Positions 48,406 to 58,992 of a DNA stretch of 64,000 nt are shown here, one piece after another. Within the stretch, counting starts at the first letter, position 1; each line of letters begins with the position of its first letter. Location of the stretch: assembly GCF_032444005.1 (NCBI RefSeq), contig NC_091285.1, positions 54,932,001-54,996,000 on the forward strand, read 5' to 3'. The stretch comes from Ranitomeya imitator (lineage: Eukaryota). The notes beneath the pieces were generated by a model. That model was given only the letters and a program-made list of their open reading frames with translations, was not told the origin of the DNA and did no database searches. A program made the position numbers and the translations under genes.

Positions 48406-50784
48406 CTGGACATTGTTGCTTGCAGACAAGATGGCACTTGTAGAATCATTTCCAGGAGCTGCAACTTCGGTGTCTATGAGATTCTCTGTGGGGACGTTCT
48501 GCACTGGTTTCAGATAAGCGATTTCATTCTGCTTGGAGTCCAGAGTCACACACACATCATATGAGAATGGGAAAGGTAAACTGGTATCACTGATCTCAGA
48601 AGGACATCCCAGGGTGAACTGAGGGTACACGTTTCTATTGAAAGCATCAAAGGATGTTGGACTGTGAGTTTTTCTGCATTTAGCGATGACTGTGATTAAC
48701 ACTGTGACAATGAATAGCAGAGAGATCAGGCCTATAGCTATTACAAGGTAGAATGTGGTATTGGAGACAGTTGCTGAGTTATTGGGTTGTCTCCTTATTT
48801 CTGGCACAACTTGCTGAAAATTGTCAGCCACAACTAAGTTCAAAGTGACCGTAGATGACAGAGCTGGGACTCCATTATCTTTCACCAGGACCACAAGTTT
48901 TTGTCTCAAAGGCCCTGTATCTGGAAGATCTCGTCCAATCCTGATTTCCCCAGTATATTGGCCAATGGTGAATAATGAAGGATCGGGAACTTGTAGTAAG
49001 TGATAGGAGAGCCAGGCGTTGTGTCCAGAGTCAGCGTCCACTGCAATCACTTTGGTGACTAGATAACCTTTCTCAGCAGAGTGAGGAATAAACTCAAATA
49101 ATGCTGATCCCTCAGTGTCTGGTGATGGGTAGAGGATCTTCGGAGCATTATCATTCTTATCAATGATGCATATCCTCACTGTGACATTACTGCTTAGAGG
49201 AGGAGATCCACTGTCTTTAGCCATCACCTGGAACTGAAATTCCCGCAACTGTTCATAGTCAAATGATCTCTGGGCATAGAGAACTCCGGTCATTGAGTTT
49301 ATGGAAACATAAGATGTCACTGGAATGTCATCAATATTTTGGTTAATGATAGAATAAGTGACCCTAGCGTTCTCATTTCCATCCAGGTCAGAGGCATGAA
49401 TATTCTGTATTGATGTTCCTGCTGGAATGTGCTCTGGAATGTAGGAAATATAAAGGGGTTTATCAAAGACTGGTTGATTATCATTTACATCCGAGACAGT
49501 AATGTGAACTGTTTTCTTAGTGACCATTGGAGGAGAGCCTTCATCTTCTGCCGTAATTGTGATGTTGTATGCTGACATAATCTCTCTGTCAAGTTCTCCT
49601 GCAGTTACAAGCTTGTAATAATTATTGGAGGATGGAACTATTTTAATTGCCTTTAGCTCAGTTACTTGACAGTTCACCTCTCCATATTTTCCTGAATCCA
49701 AATCCTTCACATTAATTAGAGCCACAAGAGTCCCAAGTTTAGAATTCTCTGGAATTGGAGTAGACAGTGATGCAATCGTTATCTCCGGAGCATTGTCATT
49801 AAGGTCCACTATGTATATTAGAACAGAACATTGGGTGACTAGTCCTCCACCATCAGCAGCTTCCACCGTCATCTCATACATCTGTGTTGCCTCAAAGTCC
49901 AGTTCACGTATTGTGGTAATGGCTCCAGTTTGTGAATCAATGGTGAACACTTGCAGAGCATTTTCGGAAATATGACTAAATGAATATGAGATTTCTGCAT
50001 TGGATCCTTCATCTTTATCGCTGGCATTGAAATGTAAAACTACATATCCAATTGGTAAGTTTTCTTCTAAACTCACTTTATACATTTTTTGGCTGAATAC
50101 TGGGTAGTTATCATTTACGTCCTGAACAAAAATCTTGACAATGGCAGTTCCACTTTTCACAGGTTTGCCGCCATCACATGCAGTTAAAATTAATTCATAT
50201 TTTTGCTGCTTTTCCCGATCTAGAGGCTGCAATAATATAAGTTCTGGATATTCTTTTCCTGATTCAGATTGTTCAACCAATGAGAAATGTTGGTTGGGGC
50301 TTAAAGTATAACTCTGTAAAGAATTGGTGCCTAAATCTGGATCCCGAGCATTGCCAAGAGCAAATTGTGCCCCGGGAGATGCAGATTCACTAATCCCAAT
50401 ATTAAAAGTATCCTTATAAAAACTTGGTGGGTTATCATTTATATCTTGGATTTCAACTTGAACAGAAAAAACATTTACTGGATTTTCAGCTAAAATTTCA
50501 AGATCCAGAAAGCAGCTCTGCTCGGACTCACAGATCTCCTCCCTGTCTATCCGGTCACTGACATATAAATGACCATTTTGTGCGCTGATATTGAAATAAT
50601 TTCTGCTGTGATGAGAAACAATCCTTAAATTTCTCACTTTAAGGTTGCTGCTGTCCAATCCTAAATCTTCTGCAACGTTCCCAATAAGAGAATTTAGCTT
50701 CAGCTCCTCTAGAATTGAGTAGTAGAACTGATTAGGAGCAGCCATAGAAAAGAAACCAAAGTAGAATAGTACTTGCCAAGCCAT
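48406..50784 (-). CDS. pcdhg: Clustered protocadherin (gamma-like) variable exon F
   Basis: ATG at 50784; one codon shorter in the signal peptide than A/B/D; EC1-6, TM, cytoplasmic segment; donor CAG|GTAGGA at 48406/48405. Confidence 0.95.
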
Positions 50785-50987
50785 GTCCTGGGTATAGTAA
50801 AAGATGATGCTTTGTAGCTATTTTCTTAGAATCAAAATAAAGATAACATATAAAAGATGGTATCCAAAACACAATATATGGAGACATACAAAAATACAGC
50901 CTTGCTTCTTGTCCAGACCTGGATGTACTGTACTAGAAAAAATCACTAGCTCCACACAGTGTTCAAATTCCTTCTATGTTTTGTTAG

Positions 50988-51007
50988 GCAAAAGCACCAC
51001 CATGTGG
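50988..51007 (-). promoter_or_regulatory. CSE/CTCF-like promoter motif of exon F
   Basis: CCACATGGTGGTGCTTTTGC. Confidence 0.68.
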
Positions 51008-51184
51008 AGAAAATGAAGAATGGCAATTCAGCTTTTATTTCACATAAAATCTTGTGTTTTTTATATATTCCATATAGAACAATATATATAAATATATTTC
51101 AATATTGTATTTTATTGATTATTTTTATACGTAGATAGATATCTTCAGTAGTGGGTGCAATGAAAAGCAGCTGAAGTGATGCTT

Positions 51185-51185
<1 letters not shown>

Positions 51186-51230
<45 letters not shown>

Positions 51231-51414
51231 AATATATATATATATATATTATTATTATTATTATTTATTTATATAGCACCATTGATTCCATGGTGCTGTA
51301 CATGAGAAGGGGTTACATACAAGTTACAAATATCACATACAGTAAACAAACTAACAATGACGGACTGATACAGAGGGGCGAGGACACTGCCCTTGCGGGC
51401 TTACATTCTACAGT

Positions 51415-51465
<51 letters not shown>

Positions 51466-51473
51466 GTCGCGTC
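51186..51473. repeat. (TA)n microsatellites flanking an L2-like LINE 3' tail (~51246-51412, minus strand)
   Basis: Two (TA)n runs. Between them the minus strand reads gtagaatgtaagcccgcaagggcag...ggtgctatataaataaat(aat)n. Confidence 0.7.
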
Positions 51474-52244
51474 TGCCATTTTCTACCGCACATGTGTGGC
51501 CGAAACTCCCCCCATCCTCCCCGGACTTCAGAATGGGCAGCGGATGCGTTGAAAAACTGCATCCGCTGCCCAGGTCGGGGCACAAATTTCACAACGTGCG
51601 TCAGTAGTCCCATCGTACGATGCCTCCACACACGCACAGACCCCCGGCAGCCCGCACAAAGCCCCAGCAGCCCGCACAGAGCCTCTCAGCCCGCACAGAG
51701 CCGCGGGAGACCTGTACAGACCACTGGCAGCATGCACAGAGCCCCGGCAGCCCGCACAGAGCCCCGGCAGCCCGCACAGAGCCCCGGCAGGCCCGTACAG
51801 ACCCCCGGCAGGTCCACACAGAGCCCCGGCAGGCCCACACAGAGCCCCGGCAGGCCCGCACAGACCCCCGGCAGCCTGCACAGAGCCCCGGCAGCCCACA
51901 CAGACCCCCCTGGCAGCCCACACAGACCCCCGGCAGCCCGCATAGAGCCCCAGCAGGCCCGCACAGAGCCCCGGCAGGCCCACACAGAGCCCCGGCAGGC
52001 CCGCACAGACCCTGCCCGCACACACAGACAAGCAGTGTCCGCCCACGCACCGCCCACACTCTTTCCCCCTCTGGAACAGGATGTAGAAGGACAAAAAGGG
52101 CTTATTTACATTCCGATATTTGTGTCCCATTGACTTGCATTGGTATCGGGTATCAGTATCGGCGATATCCGATATTTTTTGGATATCGGCCGATCCAATC
52201 CGATACCGATACTTCTGGATATCGGAAGGTATCGCTCAACACTA
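51474..52244. mobile_element. Truncated/composite non-autonomous element ending in a hAT TIR, with a 20-21 bp GC-rich minisatellite (~51637-52020)
   Basis: Right TIR cgctcaacacta ends at 52244, with gtatcgg/ccgatac subterminal repeats like element 2. No left TIR was found. Confidence 0.65.
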
Positions 52245-52311
52245 GTCACCACTCTTCAGAGTCACCATGTCTCGTGCTGTGCAGCGGAACCAAAAGTGTC
52301 TGTAGGCAAAG

Positions 52312-52980
52312 TGTCACGCCGTAAGCGGCGATAATGGGGCAGGACGGTGTACTGGGACCCGCACCTGCCCCTACCACTATAATGGGGCCCTGGCTTTCCC
52401 TTATCTCAGGAGTACCTATGATGGTTAGGAGACCTGAGCCACCAGCGTATCCCTGTCTCCTGTGCAGGCCCTATCAGTGGCCCCCTCTCCCCCCAAAGGA
52501 GGTGGACTGCACCAGTGTAATAATACAACAATTAACAGGGTATACAGACAAGGTAACTAAAAGTCTCAAACTCACCAAATGCTCACACAACCACAGAGGG
52601 TACACATAGAAGGGAAGAGAAGGAGAAAACTAGGAAGGAAAACAGGGTTAACATGCAACCAAAACAGCAGACACCAATCTCTGTAAATAAACCTCCAACA
52701 CCAACACTATGCTCCTTCAACCTCCAAGCCAAGCAGTAGAACTAATCACTGACAATAGCTGAAGTCAGGACTGGGTCTATATAGAGGATCAGATTACAAA
52801 ATCCACTTCAGCTGAGAGAGACCCAGCTCTCAGCAACTCAGCAATAAGGTTAACTCCTGCACTGCTGGCACAAAGCAGCCAGGTCAGAATACAGGTGAAG
52901 AGCTTCTGTTCAATGTGAGTGAACGAGGCCCAGAGCGCTGTGGTTCTCTGGAACCTCTCTGTCGTGGTAGCCCCGTGACA
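52312..52980. mobile_element. Solo LTR (family 3), 669 bp
   Basis: TGTCAC...GTGACA ends; perfect 5-bp TSD CAAAG at 52307-52311 and 52981-52985. Confidence 0.88.
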
Positions 52981-53405
52981 CAAAGTTTATGGAGCATCAG
53001 AATGAGGTTCCATAGCTTTTGGTCGTCTCATCCCTTCATTATCTACGAGATCCAGTTATGTAAGTAAAGTTGCGGCTTTTCTTGGTACTGCAACTAAATC
53101 AATAAATAGGACCAAGCTGTAATGCTGGATACAGCTGTGGTTATATGTTATATAGGCGTGTTACACTCCCCTCACTTCTTGTAACCTACAAGTGTACAAA
53201 GATATTATACAGTCACCATGTGACAAGTGGGCCTGTGTAACTTCAAATGCCAGGGCTGAATTTTAGTCCCAGTGCGGCCCTGGCCGTGCCTATTGGGTCC
53301 TTTCACAGTGACTCCTGGCTCCAAGGTGCCGCTGTGCCACAGGTAGATTATGGACAAAGTACATGTAATTCTCTGCCCTCCGGTTCTGCTCTGTGTATTA
53401 TAATC

Positions 53406-56400
53406 CAGGGGTGGAATAAGGGTAGCCAGGGCCCCGGGCTGTTCAGACACTGTGGGCCCCCCCCGGGTCATGTGACGGGGGTCATGTGACGGGGGTCATG
53501 TGACGGGGGTCATGATATACCCGAACCAGATTATTCCAGAAAAATGGCCGGGCCCTACTCTACTGTAACCTATTAAATATTTGGTAGAATCTGCAATACA
53601 ATTTAGGTATATTTTGACCAATAATATCACATACAAGGAACAAATACCACTGCCCCCCGCCCCATGACCAGACCACAAATTACATCCACAGTGATCGAAT
53701 AATATCACATAGAAGGAACAAATACCACCGCACCATGACCAGACCACAAATTACAACCACAGTGATCGAATAATATCACATACAAGGAACAAATACCACC
53801 GCACCATGTCAAGACCACATATTACCACCACATAGTGACTGAATACTACAATACTGATCAGTAAAAAACAACAACACAATACTATCACCATAAGTGCCAG
53901 TATTCACAGGAGATCTGTACTTAGTATGCAGTGTCTGTGTAGAGGTAATACAGAGATCACTGGTGACATTATACACAGGACCTCTATATAGTATACAGTG
54001 TATAGTGTCAGTGTATAGGTAACACTGACTCACCAGTGACATCTCTAGGTGAAGTCCTTCATCTTTCATCCAGCACAGACCGCCATAATTTCTTCCAGCC
54101 AGGACTCGTTTCTGCAGGAAATAACACAGTTATCTCGAGCTCCGCTTGTAGAAGACATTACTTAATTTTTCACAACTTCTACATTACACCACATGAAGAA
54201 AAAAAGGCGATATAGTGTCACTCTGCACAGTAACAGGACCGACCCCCATTTAAAACAGTATACTCAAAAAATAAAATAAATACATCACTGCAGTAATAAT
54301 ATCCCTTAATTAGCCCCTATGGTAATAATATTCCACATCCTGGCCCCGTGTGTCTCATTCCTGGCTCCAGCCATATGTTCTCGCATCCTGCCCTCATGAG
54401 TATCCATTCTACCCCATATGATCTCCACATCCTGCCCCATATGTCTCCATCGTATCCATCCTGCCCCATGATCCCATCCTGCCCCATGTCTTTCATTCTG
54501 CCCCATGTCTCCAATCATGCCCCGTGTCTACATTCTGCCCATGCCTCCAGTCCTGCCCCCAGTGTGTCCAGCAATCTGCCCCAGTATGTCCAGCATATTG
54601 CCCCAGTGTCCAGCAATCTGCCCCAGTGTCTCCAGCATATTGCCCCCAGTGTGTCCAGCATTGCCCCCAGACAGTGTGTCCAGCAATCTGCCCCAGTGTG
54701 TCCAGCAATCTGCCCCAGTGTGTCCAGCATATTACCCCCAGTGTGTCCAGCAATCTGCCCCAGTATGTCCAGCATTGCCCCAGTGTCCTCCAGCAATCTG
54801 TCCCAGTGTCCTCCAGCAATCTGCCCCAGTGTCCTCCAGCCATCTGCCCCAGTGTCCTCCAGCCATCTGCCCCAGTGTCCTCCAGCCATCTGCCCGTGTC
54901 CTCCAGCCATCTGCCCCAGTGTCCTCCAGCCATCTGCCCCAGTGTCCTCCAGCCATCTGCCCCAGTGTCCTCCAGCATTGCCCCAGTGTCCTCCAGCCAT
55001 ATGCCCCAGTGTCCTCCAGCCATCTGCCCCAGTGTCCTCCAGCCATCTGCCCCAGTGTCCTCCAGCCATCTGCCCGTGTCCTCCAGCCATCTGCCCCAGT
55101 GTCTTCCAGCCATCTGCCCCAGTGTCCTCCAGCCATCTGCCCCAGTGTCCTCCAGCCATCTGCCCCAGTGTCCTCCAACAATCTGCTCCAGTGTCCTCCA
55201 GCAATCTGCCCCAGTGTCCTCCAGCATATTGCCCCCAGTGTGTCCAGCATTGCCCCCAGACAGTGTGTCCAGCAATCTGCCCCAGTGTGTCCAGCAATCT
55301 GCCCCAGTGTGTCCAGCATATTACCCCCAGTGTGTCCAGCAATCTGCCCCAGTATGTCCAGCATTGCCCCAGTGTCCTCCAGCAATCTGCCCCAGTGTCC
55401 TCCAGCAATCTGCCCCAGTGTCCTCCAGCCATCTGCCCCAGTGTCCTCCAGCCATCTGCCCCAGTGTCCTCCAGCCATCTGCCCCAGTGTCCTCCAGCCA
55501 TCTGCCCGTGTCCTCCAGCCATCTGCCCCAGTGTCCTCCAGCCATCTGCCCCAGTGTCCTCCAGCCATCTGCCCCAGTGTCCTCCAGCAATCTGCCCCAG
55601 TGTCCTCCAGCATTGCCCCAGTGTCCTCCAGCCATCTGCCCCAGTGTCCTCCAGCCATCTGCCCCAGTGTCCTCCAGCCATCTGCCCGTGTCCTCCAGCC
55701 ATCTGCCCCAGTGTCCTCCAGCCATCTGCCCCAGTGTCCTCCAGCCATCTGCCCCAGTGTCCTCCAGCCATCTGCCCCAGTGTCCTCCAGCAATCTGCCC
55801 CAGTGTCCTCCAGCAATCTGCCCCAGTGTCCTCCAGCAATCTGCCCCAGTGTCCTCCAGCCATCTGCCCCAGTGTCCTCCAGCCATCTGCCCCAGTGTCC
55901 TCCAGCAATCTGCCCCAGTGTCCTCCAGCCATCTGCCCCAGTGTCCTCCAGCCATCTGCCCCAGTGTCCTCCAGCCATCTGCCCCAGTGTCCTCCAGCAA
56001 TCTGCCCCAGTGTCCTCCAGCAATCTGCCCCAGTGTCCTCCAGCAATCTGCCCCAGTGTCCTCCAGCAATCTGCCCTAGTGTCCTCCAGCAATCTGCCCC
56101 AGTGTCCTCCAGCAATCTGCCCCAGTGTCCTCCAGCAATCTGCCCCAGTGTCCTCCAGCATTGCCCCAGTGTCCTCCAGCCATCTGCCCCAGTGTCCTCC
56201 AGCCATCTGCCCCAGTGTCCTCCAGCCATCTGCCCCAGTGTCCTCCAGCCATCTGCCCCAGTGTCCTCCAGCAATCTGCCCCAGTGTCCTCCAGCATTGC
56301 GCTCAGTGTGTCCACCATTATAAAAAAAACAAAAAAAAAACCAAGCAGCCTCCTCACCTGTCCGCACTCCAGGCGGCGAGCTCCCGGCAGCAGCGCACAC

Positions 56401-56761
56401 TCGCCGGCGACTGACAATGACGTCAGACGCCGGCGACGTGTGCGCCTGCGGCCGACATCAGCCGCCAGCCTCCAATTGGCTGGCGGCTGTTGTTAACTAT
56501 TGACATGCGGGAGCGCGCCCGCACGTCAATAGGAAACCGCCGCAGCGCTGGAAGGAGCCCGGTGAGCAGATGAGAAGGGGCCCGATGCGGGCCCCCTCTC
56601 TCTGCCCACCGGGTACGGCGGGGGGGCACATAAATGCCAGTGGCGGCCGCCGGCATTCACAGATGATTATCAGAGGGTCAATCTGTGCGGTAGCCCAGGG
56701 CCCCCCAGACCACTGGGCCCTGGGCTACCGCCCATATTGACCCTCCGATAATCCGCCCCTG
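53406..56761. mobile_element. Non-autonomous hAT element (3356 bp) carrying a minisatellite
   Basis: TIRs CAGGGGTGGAATA / TAATCCGCCCCTG; perfect 8-bp TSD TTATAATC at 53398-53405 and 56762-56769. Confidence 0.9.
54430..56300. repeat. 23-bp minisatellite (gccccagtgtcctccagccatct)n
   Basis: Dozens of near-identical units with ccat/caat variants; this array is the source of several spurious long ORFs. Confidence 0.97.
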
Positions 56762-57154
56762 TTATAATCCACATAAGCCTCGGGCTCCTGATACCCAGAT
56801 TCTATGCTCTGACTCCGTGGAAACGTTCTCGTAGCCTCCTGGAGTCCTGTATATCTCCTCTGTGCTTCCTTCCTGTCTGTCCTCGCACACAGACTTTCTG
56901 TACAGACTAAACTCACTAAGCCTCCAAACCAGGATCTTTATTCAGGGAAGCTGCCCTAAAACAGGGTTTTGAGCTTCCCCTCCTGGCCTGGATTTGGAAG
57001 GTGTTGTATGTGTGATAACTAGTGTTGAGCATTCCGATACCGCAAGTATCGGGTATCGGCCGATATTTGCAGTATCGGAATTCCGATACCGAATTCCGAT
57101 ACTTCCCGCGTATCGGATACCGGAATCGGAAGTTCCCAGAATTCAAATTGAACG

Positions 57155-57295
57155 CAGCAGCCAATGAGGAATGAATGAAAGTGTGGGCACATCCTGTTTA
57201 GCATGGTGGGCATGTAAGTACTGGCAAGGCTGGGATTGGCTGCTGAAATGATGTCACTCTGCACTATAAAAAAGCGCTGCCGCCATTTTGTGCTC
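57155..57295 (+). promoter_or_regulatory. Putative internal Pol II promoter of hAT element 2
   Basis: CCAAT 57161, ATTGG 57235, TGATGTCA 57249, TATAAA 57265, CGCCATTTT (YY1-like) 57281. Confidence 0.6.
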
Positions 57296-57559
57296 ACTCT
57301 GCTGTGATTTCAGTTAGGGACAGGACGCTGTGTTCTAACTGAGGGCCAGTTGAGCTTGCTAATTGCTTTATTTTCCTTTCCAAAGGCTAATTTAGCAAAA
57401 CGCTGTGTTCTTCACTGTTCACCTTGCTCTTGCCTTGCAGCGCTGTTTTAACAGCGTTCGGCAAGGTCTCTGTGTGTGTGTGTGCAGCTCACTCTGTAGT
57501 CTGTGTGCAGCCATATACCCGGTTGTATTCAGCTCAGGGGGGGTTCACACTGCCTCACA

Positions 57560-58790
57560 CAGTTGTTCTTTTTTGCTCTTAGTGCAGCCTGCTGCACATT
57601 TTTTCTCAAATTTCCTATTAGTGTTTTTCCACCAGTCTCCAGCTCTATTGTGGAAAAACACTACATAGGATAACCTAGAGGGGGGTTTTAGGGCCTTGCA
57701 GCGCCGTTTACGGCTGTCTGCACGGTCTCCGTGTGAGCCCAGCTCGCCCTGCAGTCTGTGTGCAGCCATAGCCGGTTGGATTCAGCTCAGGGTTCGTTAC
57801 TGGCTCATACCTTGAGAAAAATTTTCCTTTTTTTCAAATAGTGCAGCCTGTTTAAAATTTGAAAAAAAAAATTCCTATTAGTGTCTTTCCACTCGTATCC
57901 AGCTAAATAGTGGAAAAACACTATATAGGATAACCTAGAGGAGGGTTTTTTGGCCTTGCAGCGCCGTTTACGGCTGTCTGCACGGTCTCCGTGTGAGCCC
58001 AGCTCGCCCTGTAGTCTGTGTGCAGCCATAGCCGGTTGGATTCAGCTCAGGGTTCGTTACTGGCTCATACCTTGAGAAAAATTTTCCTTTTTTTTCAAAT
58101 AGTGCAGCCTGTTTAAAATTTGAAAAAAAAAAAATCCTATTAGTGTCTTTCCACTCGTATCCAGCTAAATAGTGGAAAAACACTATATAGGATAACCTAG
58201 AGGAGGGTTTTTTGGCCTTGCAGCGCCGTTTACGGCTGTCTGCACGGTCTCCGTGTGAGCCCAGCTCGCCCTGTAGTCTGTGTGCAGCCATAGCCGGTTG
58301 GATTCAGCTCAGGGTTCGTTACTGGCTCATACCTTGAGAAAAATTTTCCTTTTTTTGAAATAGTGCAGCCTGTTTAAAATTTGAAAAAAAAAAATTCCTA
58401 TTAGTGTCTTTCCACCAGTCTCCAGCTCAATTGTGGAAAAACACTACATAGGGTAACCTAGAGGGGTTTTTTTGGGCCTTGCAGCGCCGTTTACGGCTGT
58501 CTGCACGGTCTCTGTGTGAGCGCAGCTCGCCCTGTAGTCTGTGTGCAGCCATAGCCGGTTGGATTCAGCTCAGGGTGCGTTACTGCCTCATACCTTGAAA
58601 AACAATTTCCTTTTTTTCAAATAGTGCAGCCAGTTTAAAATTTGAAAAAAAAAATTCCTATTAGTGTCTTTCCACTTGTATCCAGCTAAATAGTGGAAAA
58701 ACACTATATAGGATAACCTAGAGGAGGGTTTTTTGGCCTTGCAGCGCCGTTTACGGCTGTCTGCACGGTCTCCGTGTGATTTAAACTAGC
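57560..58790. repeat. Tandem array of ~260 bp units (~5 copies) upstream of the element 2 transposase
   Basis: gcgccgtttacggctgtctgcacgg at 57701, 57961, 58223, 58484 and 58744. Confidence 0.95.
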
Positions 58791-58992
58791 TCTGTAGCCC
58801 GATCTGCACCAAAAAAAAAGTTAAGTTCACCAAACACAACTTAACACTTGTGTAGGCCACATTTGAAAAATAATAAAGTTTAGTCCACAATTTACAACAT
58901 TAGTGTTTCTTACACCTGTTAGGAGGAGCATTACAGGAATAAGCACACTAAGGCCTTAGTACTTTTCTGCTTATCTTTATCTGTCAACCAAG

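Larger units (their letters stand above)
53285..57019 (-). mobile_element. Family 2 LTR split by two hAT insertions (pieces at ~53285-53405 and ~56762-57019)
   Basis: The joined pieces align by eye with ~36000-36450 (gccctccggttct.ctct; tcagggaagct..cc; ccctcctggc.tggatttggaa). Confidence 0.7.

Noticed and set aside
51393-52324. Overlapping 120-246 aa ORFs
   Set aside because: Products of (TA)n and the 20-21-bp minisatellite.
54348-56417. Long Cys/Pro/Ser-rich or Trp/Gly-rich ORFs (up to 688 aa) in nearly all frames
   Set aside because: They arise from a stop-free 23-bp minisatellite inside a TSD-flanked element; open on both strands with no domain signature.
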